63,459 nt of DNA from assembly GCA_027021705.1 (NCBI GenBank), contig JALUTT010000027.1, positions 1 through 63,459 on the forward strand, read 5' to 3'. Below, in pieces: positions 38,630 through 48,639 of this stretch. Below the pieces are notes generated by a model, which saw only the letters and a list, made by a program, of their open reading frames with translations, was not told where the DNA came from and did no database searches. Each line of letters begins with the position of its first letter. The stretch's first letter is position 1. A program made the translations under genes and the position numbers. This stretch comes from Anaerolineae bacterium (GTDB taxonomy: Bacteria; Chloroflexota; Anaerolineae; S140-20).

Positions 38630-39763
38630 ATGCACGTCGTCATCAACGGCTGGTTTTGGAACCGCCCAGCGACAGGGAGCGGGCAGTACACCCGCCAACT
38701 CGTCCTCCACCTGGCCGAGGTCGAGCCGGCGCTGCGGATCACCGTGGTGATCCCCGGTTCCGCAGGCCCGCCCCTCCCCTGGCAGCCGCCCAACGTCGTC
38801 CTCTTGCCTGGAGGCCGCCCCCGAGGCAACCTGGGGAAGGTCTGGTTCGAGCAGATCACGTTCCCCCGGCTGGCCCGCCGGCTGGGTGCCGACCTGGCCC
38901 ACGTCCCCTACTGGGCCCCGCCCCTCCAGCCCACCCTGCCCACCGTCGTCACCATCCACGACCTGATCCCGCTCCTCCTGCCCGAGTACCGGGGTGGGGC
39001 GCTGGTCCGGCTCTACACCGCCCTGGTGCAGACGGCGACGGCCAACGCGGCGCTGGTGCTGACCGACTCCCAGGCCTCCCGGCGGGACATCGTGACCCAC
39101 CTGCAGGTGCCACCGGAACGGGTGCGGGCCATTCCCCTGGCGGCCGGCCCCGCCTTTCGCCCCCAGCCCGGCCCCGACGACGAGGCGATCCGTCGGAAGT
39201 ACGGCCTGCCGGAGGAGTACGTCCTCTACCTGGGCGGGTTCGATGTGCGCAAGAACGTGGTCACCCTGTTGCAGGCGTGGACCTTTGCCGAGGAGGCAAT
39301 GGGGTGGCTGATGCCTCTGGTGCTGGCCGGCCGGCTCCCCAAGGCCCACACCCCTTTCACCCCCGATCCTCGCCGCATCCGGGCGGCCCTGGAGATCAAC
39401 CCGGAGACGGTTCGCTTTCCCGGCCCCATCGCCGAGGCGGACAAGCCGGCCGTCTACCGGGGGGCACTCTGCTTCCTCTTCCCCTCCCGCTACGAGGGGT
39501 TTGGGCTGCCCCCATTGGAAGCCCTCGCCTGCGGGGTGCCGGTGGTGGGGAGCAACGCCGCGTCGCTGCCGGAGGTGGTGGGGGATGCCGGCATCCTGGT
39601 GGACCCGGACGATGCCCGCTCGATGGCCGGGGGGCTGATCGCCCTGGTGCACGACGCCCGGCTCCACGAGACGCTGCGCCGACGGGCCTTGGTCCAGGCC
39701 GCCCGCTTCTCCTGGGAGCGGACCGCCCGAGAGACCCTGGAGGCCTATACGAATCGGACCTGA
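38630..39763 (+). CDS. glycosyltransferase family 4
   Basis: [32 protein letters not shown]. Confidence 0.93.
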   Translation: MHVVINGWFWNRPATGSGQYTRQLVLHLAEVEPALRITVVIPGSAGPPLPWQPPNVVLLPGGRPRGNLGKVWFEQITFPRLARRLGADLAHVPYWAPPLQPTLPTVVTIHDLIPLLLPEYRGGALVRLYTALVQTATANAALVLTDSQASRRDIVTHLQVPPERVRAIPLAAGPAFRPQPGPDDEAIRRKYGLPEEYVLYLGGFDVRKNVVTLLQAWTFAEEAMGWLMPLVLAGRLPKAHTPFTPDPRRIRAALEINPETVRFPGPIAEADKPAVYRGALCFLFPSRYEGFGLPPLEALACGVPVVGSNAASLPEVVGDAGILVDPDDARSMAGGLIALVHDARLHETLRRRALVQAARFSWERTARETLEAYTNRT

Positions 39764-39790
39764 CGGCCTCCTCAGGTCCGTCAGGTCCGA
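39754..39790. terminator. 13-bp inverted repeat between convergent genes
   Basis: tcggacctgacgg / ccgtcaggtccga. Confidence 0.5.
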
Positions 39791-39810
39791 AAGCCCTGTT
39801 ATGGCAGTCG

Positions 39811-40068
39811 TCACGGTGTCATCCTACTCGTTTCTTCGCTCAGGTACTTATCGTGGTTCATCCCAAGATCGCCAACACCGGAGTTCCCTAGCCCAATGAT
39901 TCTCCAGGCAGGATCTTCTTCCGCCAGCACTTGGGAAAGCAAAAGGTCTACACCGCGACGGATCAACTCGGAGAGAGAGACTCCCTCCTCAGATGCCAGC
40001 CTCCTCAAGGCTTGCTCCTGCCTCTCCTCCAGGCGAACTTGAATGGGACGCTTGGTCAACGTAGCCAT
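39811..40068 (-). CDS. CopG/ribbon-helix-helix protein (antitoxin-like)
   Basis: IQVRL...LASEEGVSLSELIRRGV, IIGLG.SG..DL..NHDKYL; promoter TTGACC-16-TATAAT at 40130-40103. Confidence 0.8.
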   Translation of the reverse strand: MATLTKRPIQVRLEERQEQALRRLASEEGVSLSELIRRGVDLLLSQVLAEEDPAWRIIGLGNSGVGDLGMNHDKYLSEETSRMTP

Positions 40069-40140
40069 CGAACCGCCCCTCAATCCAATGATGTGCCCTT
40101 GAATTATACCCCTGTCGGTTCGCAGGTCAAATGATGGAAG

Positions 40141-40295
40141 CGGTGATTACCCACAAGTGAGCGAGAGAGTGGTCCGTAGCAGGCCGTCCACGAATTTCTC
40201 ACCAATGCACGAATGAGGCGGTCCTTCATTCGTGTATTCGTGCCCCATTCGTGGACGGCTAGTCCCCCTATCTCCAAAGATATGGGTAATCACCG
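40141..40295. mobile_element. MITE-like element family A, copy 3 (155 bp)
   Basis: Same TIRs; near-identical to 33661-33815; flanks tgatggaag/ggatggagg. Confidence 0.88.
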
Positions 40296-40369
40296 GGATG
40301 GAGGGAGATGGAAAGTTCCCCGACCCCGGAAGATGACCAACAAATGCCAAGGAAAGGAGGAGTCCAGGT

Positions 40370-41305
40370 TTGCGCCTCATCGTGGACACCGATACGGCCG
40401 GCGATGACGTCACAGCGCTGTTGATGGCCCTGCGGCGGCCCGGCGTCGTCGTCGAGGCCATCACCATCGTGGCTGGCAACGTGGACTTCGACCAGCAGGT
40501 GGAGAACGCCTTGTACACCGTTCAGATGGCCGGTCAAGGCGGGGAGGTGCCCGTCTACCCCGGCTGCCGCAGGCCCCTGTTGCGCCCACCCCATCCCATC
40601 CCCGAAATCCAGGGGAAGGATGGCATGGGCAACGCCTTCTTCCCCCAGGCGGTCCAACGCCCAGAGCCCCGCCACGCCGTGGGGTTCCTCATCGAGGCCA
40701 TCACCGCCGCGCCGGACGAGATCACCCTGGTGAGCCTGGGACCGCTGACGAACCTGGCCGTCGCCCTGACCCAGGCCCCTCACATCGCGTCGCTGGTGCG
40801 CGACCTCTACGTGATGGGCGGAGCCATCTGGGGCCAGGGCAACGTGACCCCGGCCGCCGAGTACAACGTGTGGGCCGACCCGGAGGCGGCCCGGATCGTC
40901 TTCCGCGCCGGCCTCCCCCTGACTTTGGTCTCCTGGGAGGTGGCCCTGCGGTACAGCTACCTCGATCCCGAGGGCGAAGCGGCAATCCGGGCCTGCGACA
41001 CCCCTCTGGCCCGCTTCTTCCTCCAGGTCAACCGGATGGCCCGCGCTTTCGACCGGGAGCACTGGGGCGCGCCCGCCAGCTTGCACCCCGACGCCCTCAC
41101 CATGGCCATCGCCCTGGAACCCGCCCTCATCACCGAGGCACGCCACCTCTACGTGGACGTGGAGACGACGGGAGAGCTGACGCGCGGTATGACGGTGGTA
41201 GATCACGCCGGATTGCTCGGCCGGCCGGCCAACGTGCGCGTCGTCTACGCCGCCGACCGGAGCCGGTTTCAGGAAAGATTGCTGGCAACTTTGTGCGGAA
41301 TGTAA
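40370..41305 (+). CDS. inosine-uridine preferring nucleoside hydrolase
   Basis: DTDTAGDD, LGPLTNLA, AEYNVWADPEAA, HPD. Confidence 0.93.
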   Translation: MRLIVDTDTAGDDVTALLMALRRPGVVVEAITIVAGNVDFDQQVENALYTVQMAGQGGEVPVYPGCRRPLLRPPHPIPEIQGKDGMGNAFFPQAVQRPEPRHAVGFLIEAITAAPDEITLVSLGPLTNLAVALTQAPHIASLVRDLYVMGGAIWGQGNVTPAAEYNVWADPEAARIVFRAGLPLTLVSWEVALRYSYLDPEGEAAIRACDTPLARFFLQVNRMARAFDREHWGAPASLHPDALTMAIALEPALITEARHLYVDVETTGELTRGMTVVDHAGLLGRPANVRVVYAADRSRFQERLLATLCGM

Positions 41306-41398
41306 CTTGCCCCCCGCTCTAGGCCGTGGTAAACTGGGGACCCTCACATCGTGTGTAGTCTGACCCAATCGCTCCCTACCACTCCAACAGGAGGGCCT

Positions 41399-43408
41399 AT
41401 GCTCACGCTACCGGAGAAAGTGCTGTTCGCGCTCGCGGCCCTGGCGACCCTGGTGGCGGCCTGGCGAGCTGTCCAGCGCCTGAGCCGCATCATCGGTCGG
41501 GGCCAAGGCCAGGTGGACTGGAACCTGGCCTGGAGACGGTTGGGCATCGCCCTGACCAAGACCGTCGGTATGGAGCCGGTTTTCCGCTTCCGTTTCTGGC
41601 CCAGCCTCTTCCACGCCTTCGTGGCCTGGGGCTTTATGTACTACGTGCTGATCAACACCGGAGACGTGCTCCAGGCCTACCTGCCCGGCTTCCACTTCCT
41701 GGGCACCGGCCCGTTGGGCAACCTCTACCGGCTGGGTGGGGACCTGCTCAGCGTGGCCGTGCTGGTGGGGATGGTGGCCCTGACCATCCGCCGCTTCCTC
41801 TTCCGACCGGCCGCTCTCTCCACCCGCGAGACCACACTGCTGCACCCCAAGGCCCGCTTCGGCATCCAGCGGGACTCGGCCATCGTCGCCGGCTTCATCA
41901 TCCTCCACGTCGGCTCCCGCTTCCTGGGCGAATCCTTCGCCATCGCCGCCGAGAGCGCCGACGCCTGGCAGCCCTTCGCCTCGGCCGTCGCCACCTGGTG
42001 GCAGGGCTGGCCGTCCTCCTCCCTCACCCTGGCCCGCCACGTCACCTTCTGGCTGGCCCTGGGCTCCATCCTGGCCTTCATCCCCTACTTCCCCTACTCC
42101 AAGCACATCCATCTCTTCTTCGCGCCTCTCAACTTCCTCCTCAAGCCGGAGCACCGCTCCATCGGGGAGCTGGACAAGCTGGACTTCGAGGATGAGAGCA
42201 TCGAGCAGTTTGGGGCCACCCGGCTGGAGGACCTGGCCTGGTACCAGATCCAAGATGCCTACGCCTGCATTATGTGCTTCCGCTGCCAGGAAGTCTGCCC
42301 GGCCTACAACACCGGCAAGGTGCTCTCCCCCGCTGCCCTGGAGATCAACAAGCGCTACTTCCTGAACTACGAAGGGGACCGCCTGGCCCGAGGGGAGGCC
42401 AGCGAGAAGACGCTGCTGGAGTTCGCCATCACCGAAGAGGCCGTCTGGGCCTGCACCGCCTGCGGAGCCTGCGTGGAGGTCTGCCCGGTGGGGAACGACC
42501 CGATGCGCGACATCCTGGAGATCCGCCGGGGGCTGGTCCTGATGGAAGGGCAGTTCCCCGACCTGCTGCAGACCGCCTTCCGGGGGATGGAGCGCACCTT
42601 CAACCCGTGGAACGTGCCCCCTGCCCAACGGATGGAGTGGGCCGAGGGGCTGGAGGTCCCCACCATCGAGGAGAACCCCACGCCAGACCTGCTCTGGTGG
42701 GTGGGGTGTGCCCCGGCGACCGACGTCCGCGCCCGCAAGGTGGCTCGGGCCTTCGCCAAAATCCTCAACGCCGCCGGCGTCAACTACGCCGTCCTGGGCC
42801 GACAGGAGCAGTGCACCGGCGACTCGGCCCGGCGGGCGGGCAACGAGTACCTCTTCTACGAGCTGGCGATGGCCAACGTGGAGCTCCTCAACGAGGTGAA
42901 CCCGCCCCGCATCGTCACCCTCTGCCCCCACTGCCTACACACCCTCAAGAACGAGTACCCGGCCTTCGGCGGCCACTACGAAGTCATCCACCACACCCAG
43001 TTGATCCAAGAGTTGATCGCCGCCGGCCGCCTTCCGCTGGCGGAGGGGGAAGGCGACGTCGGGACGGTCACCTTCCACGATCCCTGCTACCTGGGCCGCC
43101 ACAACCTCGTCTTCGCCGCCCCCCGCGAGGTGCTGGACCGGAGCCAGGTCCGGCGGGTGGAGATGCCCCACCACAGCGCTTTCTCCTTCTGCTGCGGCGC
43201 CGGCGGAGCCCAGATGTGGAAGGAAGAGGAGGCCGGCGATGAACGGATCAGCATCCGCCGGATGCGCGAGGCCAAGGCCACCGGGGCCGAGACGGTGGCC
43301 GTGGGCTGCCCCTTCTGTATGATTATGCTGGAGGACGCGGCAACCCAGATGGAAGGTGCACCGCAGGTCCTGGACGTGGCGGAGATCGTGGCCGCCCTCC
43401 TGCGGTGA
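41399..43408 (+). CDS. membrane-bound Fe-S oxidoreductase (FadF/HdrD-like: TM region, 2x[4Fe-4S], CCG domains)
   Basis: CIMCFRCQEVCP, CTACGACVEVCP, HDPCYLGR, CCGAGG, CPFC. Confidence 0.9.
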   Translation: MLTLPEKVLFALAALATLVAAWRAVQRLSRIIGRGQGQVDWNLAWRRLGIALTKTVGMEPVFRFRFWPSLFHAFVAWGFMYYVLINTGDVLQAYLPGFHFLGTGPLGNLYRLGGDLLSVAVLVGMVALTIRRFLFRPAALSTRETTLLHPKARFGIQRDSAIVAGFIILHVGSRFLGESFAIAAESADAWQPFASAVATWWQGWPSSSLTLARHVTFWLALGSILAFIPYFPYSKHIHLFFAPLNFLLKPEHRSIGELDKLDFEDESIEQFGATRLEDLAWYQIQDAYACIMCFRCQEVCPAYNTGKVLSPAALEINKRYFLNYEGDRLARGEASEKTLLEFAITEEAVWACTACGACVEVCPVGNDPMRDILEIRRGLVLMEGQFPDLLQTAFRGMERTFNPWNVPPAQRMEWAEGLEVPTIEENPTPDLLWWVGCAPATDVRARKVARAFAKILNAAGVNYAVLGRQEQCTGDSARRAGNEYLFYELAMANVELLNEVNPPRIVTLCPHCLHTLKNEYPAFGGHYEVIHHTQLIQELIAAGRLPLAEGEGDVGTVTFHDPCYLGRHNLVFAAPREVLDRSQVRRVEMPHHSAFSFCCGAGGAQMWKEEEAGDERISIRRMREAKATGAETVAVGCPFCMIMLEDAATQMEGAPQVLDVAEIVAALLR

Positions 43409-43423
43409 GGGGCGAGGAGGGCC

Positions 43424-44200
43424 GTGGCGATCATCTCTTTCCTCTTGCTCTTGGGAGGAGCGGGGCTCCTTTGGGCCGGCATCCAGGCCAGGCGCGTCTG
43501 GGTGGACGCGACCCGACGGGGGTTCGCCCCCGGCGAGCGGCTGCGCCTGGCCCTGAAAGCGGTCCTGCGCCCCGACAGTTACCGGTGGGATGCCCGCCTG
43601 CGGGCGATGTCCGCCGACGAGCGGGCCGCCCTGCTGGAGGCCGGCCTGGCCCGCCTGGGGCTGAGGACCCCGGGCGGGCTTCGTTGCCCCCTGTGCGGAC
43701 AGGCCGAGATCGAGGATGCTTGGCGGCTGGAGGCCTCCAACCGGCTGGCGGTCCGGCGGGAGGCCACCTGCCCCGCCTGCGACTTCCGGCTGGATGCCTG
43801 CCGCCACTGCCGACACTTCCGCAGCGAGGGAGACCAGCCCTGGGGCGTGGCCCGGCTCGTCTACCGCAGCGACGACCTGGTCTCCGGGCAGTGCAGCGCC
43901 TACAAGCGTTGGCAGCCGGTGCGCGACGTCCTGCCCCCCGACGTCGCCGGCCCGATGGAGCGGCGGGGCCTCACGATGGTGCGGGCACCCACCCCCATCC
44001 CCGACTCCTACCTGCCCCTGGAGCAGTGCCGCGCCTTCGCCCTCAGCGAGAAGCGCCTGAAGGCGAACCAGGTTCCCCGGCCCGGCAAAGCCCAGCGCCG
44101 GCTGATGCGGCTGGCCGCCCTGATGCAGGAGGAAGCCCAAGCAGAAGGGCCAAGGGCCAAAGCCCCCGACCATCCTGACGAAGCGATGTGGCTGTGGTGA
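43424..44200 (+). CDS. membrane-anchored Cys-rich (zinc-ribbon-like) hypothetical protein
   Basis: N-terminal TM; CPLC, CPAC, CRHC pairs. Confidence 0.7.
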   Translation: MAIISFLLLLGGAGLLWAGIQARRVWVDATRRGFAPGERLRLALKAVLRPDSYRWDARLRAMSADERAALLEAGLARLGLRTPGGLRCPLCGQAEIEDAWRLEASNRLAVRREATCPACDFRLDACRHCRHFRSEGDQPWGVARLVYRSDDLVSGQCSAYKRWQPVRDVLPPDVAGPMERRGLTMVRAPTPIPDSYLPLEQCRAFALSEKRLKANQVPRPGKAQRRLMRLAALMQEEAQAEGPRAKAPDHPDEAMWLW

Positions 44201-44428
44201 GTCGTGTCCGGTCAAAAGAGGCAGGACATCCCGTGACCGATACTGCTCCTACCCCTCCTCCTGCGTTCGTAGTATAATACTGGCACGCCCTGCTCCCCGC
44301 TCCCCATACCCACCGCATCCGTGATCCAGGAAGCGCCGGATAGAGGATTCGGGAGCAGGACGCTTTCCCAACAGCCCCCCAGAGCGTGCCTAAAAAACCG
44401 GTTTCAAGCCTCCTATCGGACGCAGGCG

Positions 44429-45277
44429 ATGTCCATCACCATCCGACCGATCCAGACCCACCAAGAGTACCGGGCCGTCGAAGCGCTCCAGCAGGAAGTC
44501 TGGGGGCTGGACCCGGTGGAGATCGTACCCGACCACCTGCTCCTCACTGCCCAGAAGAACGGAGGGCTGGTGCTAGGCGCTTTCGACACCTCAACAGCCG
44601 GGGAGGTGGACCGGCTCATCGGCTTCATCTTCGGCTTCCCCGGCCTGACACCCGATGGCCGGCTGAAACATTGTTCCCATATGGCCGGCGTGGCCCCCGC
44701 TTACCAGAATCGGCGGGTCGGTTACCGCCTGAAGCTGGCTCAACGGGAGCACGTCCTCGCCCAGGGCATCGAACTAATCACCTGGACCTTCGACCCGCTG
44801 GAGAGTCGCAATGCCCGCCTCAACTTCCACAAGCTGGGGGCTATCTGCCGTACCTACCTGCGGGACCTCTACGGCTCGATGCGCGACGCCCTCAACGTCG
44901 GCGTGCCTAGCGACCGCTTCCAGGTGGAGTGGTGGATCGCCAGCCCTCGCGTCGTGGACCGGCTCCGGGGCACCGGGCCCGACCTCTCCCCCACCGCCCT
45001 GCAGGCCGAGGGCGTTCCCCTGCTGAACCCCGTCCCCCCTGGCGATCCCCCCCGTCCGCCGGAGCAAACCCGTCCCATCGCAGGGGACCGGCTGCTGATC
45101 CAGATCCCCGCCCACTTCCAGGCCATCAAGGCCGCCGACATGGCCCTGGCCCGGGCCTGGCGACTGCATACCCGCGCCCTCTTCGAGGCCGCCTTCGCCC
45201 AGGGGTACACCGTCGTAGACCTACTCTTCGAAGAAGGGCAGAGCTTCTACTTGCTGCGACGAGGAGATCCCCTATGA
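44429..45277 (+). CDS. GNAT-fold acetyltransferase
   Basis: HCSHMAGV, KLAQRE, WTFDPLESRNA..N..KLG, SDRF. Confidence 0.85.
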   Translation: MSITIRPIQTHQEYRAVEALQQEVWGLDPVEIVPDHLLLTAQKNGGLVLGAFDTSTAGEVDRLIGFIFGFPGLTPDGRLKHCSHMAGVAPAYQNRRVGYRLKLAQREHVLAQGIELITWTFDPLESRNARLNFHKLGAICRTYLRDLYGSMRDALNVGVPSDRFQVEWWIASPRVVDRLRGTGPDLSPTALQAEGVPLLNPVPPGDPPRPPEQTRPIAGDRLLIQIPAHFQAIKAADMALARAWRLHTRALFEAAFAQGYTVVDLLFEEGQSFYLLRRGDPL

Positions 45278-47067
45278 CCATCCCCCACCTGAGCGAATCC
45301 ACCATCCGGCAGCACGCCAGCGACCAATCCTTCCATCGCGGCCAGGACTATTACCGGAGCGGAGCCGTCGTCTCCATCACCCGACGGGGCAATCGCATCC
45401 AAGCCGAAGTAGAGGGAAGCCAGTACCTCCCCTACCAGGTGGAGATCACCTTCGACGAAAACGGCCTCACCGGTGCCTACTGCTCCTGCCCTTACGACTG
45501 GGGCGGCTGGTGCAAGCACATCATCGCCGTCCTGCTCACCTGCCTCTACGAGCCGGACCAGATCGAGGAACGCCCCTCGGTGGAAACATTGCTGAGCGAC
45601 CTGAGTCGGGATCAGCTCCTGGCCCTGCTCCTGAAGCTGACCGAGGGGGCCCCCGACCTGGCCGACCGCATCGAGCACGAGATCTCTCTGATGCAGACCG
45701 CTCCTGCCGAGGCCGCCGAGGCGGCCGAGGGGGCCCCGCGCCAACGGCGGACGCCCGTAGACCCCGCCACCTTCCGGCGTCAAGTCCGCTACCTCTTGCA
45801 CAGCCTGGACCGGATGCCCCCCTCCGAGGCCTACTGGGAGATCGCCGGGGTGGTGGATGAAGTACGCCAACTGCTCAACCGGGCCTGGGACTTCATCGAG
45901 GCCGGAGATGGGCGCAACGCCCTGACCATCCTCGAGGCCATCACCGATGAGTACATCGCCGGCTGGGTCTACCTCGACGACTCCAACGGCGACGTGAGCG
46001 GCTTCTTCGACGACCTGGCCCCGGCCTGGGCCGAGGCGATCCTCAGCGCCGACCTCTCGCCCCAAGAACGCCGAACCTGGGAGCAAAAGCTGGCCCAGTG
46101 GCAGTACGAGCTGGACGAGTACGGCCTGGATGATGTCTTCGAGGTCGCCCGCGAGGCCGCCCGACAGGGATGGGACTACCCCCCGCTGCTGCGGGTGCTC
46201 CAGGGCGAGATCACTGAGAAGGGAGTCTGGGAAGATGAAGCCCCCTGGTACGCCGATGCACTTGCCGTCGCCCGGCTCAACGTCCTGGAACGCCAGGGCC
46301 GCTACCAGGAGTATCTCTACCTGGCCGAGGCCGAGGGGCAGACCAAGCACTACTTGCAGATGCTGGTGCGGCTGGGGCGCGTGCAGGAGGCCGTGGCTTA
46401 CGGGCTGCGCCACACCGCCTCCGCCGAGGAAGCGCTGGCCCTGGCCAAGACCCTGCAGGAGCACGGGGCGGTCGAAGAGGCCCTTCGCATCGCCGAGCAC
46501 GGCCTCACTTTGAAAGGGATGCGAAAACCCCTCGCCCGCTGGCTGAGCGAGACAGCCCAGAGCATAGGTCGCGAGGAGATGGCCCTGGAAGCCGCCGTCG
46601 TCGCCTTCCGAGAGGGCCCCGACCTGACCTCCTACCTGCGTGTGCAGGAGCTGGCCGGCCCACGCTGGCCCGAGATCAAGCCCCGGCTCCTGGAGCACGT
46701 GGAGCGGCTTGCCGATGCCGAAGCGGCCGTTGAGATCTACTTGCACGAAGGGCTGGTGGACCGGGCAGTCCAGGCCGTGGACCGCGTCGCCTATGTCTCC
46801 TACGACACCCTGGAGCGCGTCGTGGACGCCGCCATCGAAAGCCATCCCGACTGGGTGATCCGGCAATGCCAGCAGCAGGCCGAGAGGATCATGGATGCCG
46901 GGCAGTCCCGGTACTACCACCACGCCATCCGCTGGCTGGAGAAAGCCCGGGCTGCCTACCTGGCGGCCGGCCGCGGAGCCGCTTGGGATGTCTACCTGGA
47001 CGGCCTCCTCACCCGCCACCGGCGCAAGTACAAGTTGGTCCCTATGCTGGAAACGCTTCGGAGATAG
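45274..47067 (+). CDS. SWIM zinc finger protein
   Basis: RGQDYY, VEGS, CSCP....WCKH; ATGA overlap with the upstream gene. Confidence 0.88.
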   Translation: MTIPHLSESTIRQHASDQSFHRGQDYYRSGAVVSITRRGNRIQAEVEGSQYLPYQVEITFDENGLTGAYCSCPYDWGGWCKHIIAVLLTCLYEPDQIEERPSVETLLSDLSRDQLLALLLKLTEGAPDLADRIEHEISLMQTAPAEAAEAAEGAPRQRRTPVDPATFRRQVRYLLHSLDRMPPSEAYWEIAGVVDEVRQLLNRAWDFIEAGDGRNALTILEAITDEYIAGWVYLDDSNGDVSGFFDDLAPAWAEAILSADLSPQERRTWEQKLAQWQYELDEYGLDDVFEVAREAARQGWDYPPLLRVLQGEITEKGVWEDEAPWYADALAVARLNVLERQGRYQEYLYLAEAEGQTKHYLQMLVRLGRVQEAVAYGLRHTASAEEALALAKTLQEHGAVEEALRIAEHGLTLKGMRKPLARWLSETAQSIGREEMALEAAVVAFREGPDLTSYLRVQELAGPRWPEIKPRLLEHVERLADAEAAVEIYLHEGLVDRAVQAVDRVAYVSYDTLERVVDAAIESHPDWVIRQCQQQAERIMDAGQSRYYHHAIRWLEKARAAYLAAGRGAAWDVYLDGLLTRHRRKYKLVPMLETLRR

Positions 47068-47070
47068 CCT

Positions 47071-48486
47071 ATGAGCAACCAGGAGAAACCCATTACCCTG
47101 AGCGAGGCAATGGCCCAGGTCACCGCCCGGCTGGATGGCCCTACCCCGCTGGACGAATTCATCCGGCAGGTCCTGGAACTCTGGCCCTCCAAGGCCAAGA
47201 ACCCCGCTGCCTCCATCCGCCAGCGCCTGCGCGACAGAGATGTCCCCATCATCACCCTCCCCGATGGCAAAACGGTGCTCCCCATCGCCCTCTCCCTGAA
47301 GGGGGCTCGCTTTCGCATTCCCCTATCGCGTCGGGAAGCCCGCAGGGGCTTTCTCCTCGTCTCCCCCAACTTCGACGGCTTTCTGAACCGACAACTCTCC
47401 CTCGAAGAAGTCCAGATGTTCGACGAACGAGGACGCCCCCTTCCCACGCGGGTGATCCAGGTCCGGCAAGGCTACCTGGGACCCTCGATCCCCTACCGGG
47501 TGCCTGCCTTCCGGCTGACAAGCTGGTTCCACAAACAGGGGGTTCGGCGGGAGGACAGCATCCTGGTGACCGTCGAGGACTGGCAGCGGGGTCATTTCCG
47601 GCTGAAGCACGAGCCAGCCCGCGAGCGCCGTCAGCATCAAGAGGAGATCGCCCAAAAGAACCGGGAAATGGCCGATCTCTTCTTTGAGGTCCTGGAGGCT
47701 GCTTACAACGAGCAAATCCTTCCCTGGCAGGCCATCCCCACCATCTACACCCTGATGACGGACCCCCGAGGCTACCCGGGAGACCACTGGACCCAGGTCG
47801 TGGAGCAGGACCCCCGGATGCGGTGGACAGGACACGCGGTCACCTACAGCGACCGCTTCTCCCTTTTGGAGCAGATGCTCCTCGGCAAGACTTCCATCCC
47901 TCAAGAGAGGAGCTGCCCACCGGAGCTGGCCCGGAAGGTCTACCGTTTCAAGGCGGCCTTTCGTCGTCGCCGCGGCCTCTGGCGGCGCATCGAGATTCAA
48001 GGGGAACAGACCCTGGCCGACCTCGACGCAATCCTCCGCGATGCTTTTGAGCATGATCACTGGGACCACCTCAGCGGCTTCTGGAGGCAGCTTCGGCGGG
48101 GGAAGAGCAAACGCTTCCGCCAGGTGAAACTGGCGACCGTTGACCCCTTCGGCGAGGGAGAGGGCGCCGACCTCCCCATCGGCGGGCTGGGGTTGCAGCC
48201 AGGGGATCAACTGGAGTACGTCTACGACTTTGGCGATTGGGTTGAGCATGTCCTCACCCTGGAGGAGATCATCGAGTCCGAGCCCGGCGCCGACTACCCC
48301 CGGGTCGTGGGGCGCAACCGTCCCCGCTACCGCTACTGCGAGTCCTGCAAGGCCGAAGGGAGCAAGACCGTCGCCACCTGGATCTGCGTGGAGTGCTCCA
48401 ACGCCGAGCAGCGGGAGGTGTTGGTCTGCGAGGACTGCCTAACGGATTATCACGAGGAGCATTACGCCGATCCTATCCTCTACTGA
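47071..48486 (+). CDS. pRiA4b ORF-3-like domain protein with C-terminal Cys/His zinc-binding region
   Basis: WRRIEI....TL.DL, HLSGF, YVYDFGD; CESC, CVEC, CEDC...H...H. Confidence 0.75.
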   Translation: MSNQEKPITLSEAMAQVTARLDGPTPLDEFIRQVLELWPSKAKNPAASIRQRLRDRDVPIITLPDGKTVLPIALSLKGARFRIPLSRREARRGFLLVSPNFDGFLNRQLSLEEVQMFDERGRPLPTRVIQVRQGYLGPSIPYRVPAFRLTSWFHKQGVRREDSILVTVEDWQRGHFRLKHEPARERRQHQEEIAQKNREMADLFFEVLEAAYNEQILPWQAIPTIYTLMTDPRGYPGDHWTQVVEQDPRMRWTGHAVTYSDRFSLLEQMLLGKTSIPQERSCPPELARKVYRFKAAFRRRRGLWRRIEIQGEQTLADLDAILRDAFEHDHWDHLSGFWRQLRRGKSKRFRQVKLATVDPFGEGEGADLPIGGLGLQPGDQLEYVYDFGDWVEHVLTLEEIIESEPGADYPRVVGRNRPRYRYCESCKAEGSKTVATWICVECSNAEQREVLVCEDCLTDYHEEHYADPILY

Positions 48487-48493
48487 CCCCCCT

Positions 48494-48590
48494 CCCCTCC
48501 TGTAGGCCCCATCCACGGCCTGAAGCACACCGCAGGCGGTCTCCGACAAGCCCCTGGCCCTCCGGACCTCGCAGGGCCTGCAGGAGGGTG
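48494..48590. repeat. family B-like inverted-repeat element with unrelated interior
   Basis: ccctcctgtaggccc...gggcctgcaggagggtg. Confidence 0.5.
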
Positions 48591-48601
48591 CCATTCCCCC
48601 C

Positions 48602-48630
48602 TTGTGCTCTGCTCCCCTCTGGGGTATAAT
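48602..48630 (+). promoter_or_regulatory. smc promoter TTGTGC-17-TATAAT, near-leaderless
   Basis: -10 ends 9 bp before ATG 48640; no RBS. Confidence 0.55.
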
Positions 48631-48639
48631 GTCCTCGCT

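Noticed and set aside
41399..43408. Second selenoprotein in the Fe-S oxidoreductase
   Set aside because: The cluster motifs contain no in-frame UGA, and the terminal TGA is at the normal C-terminus.
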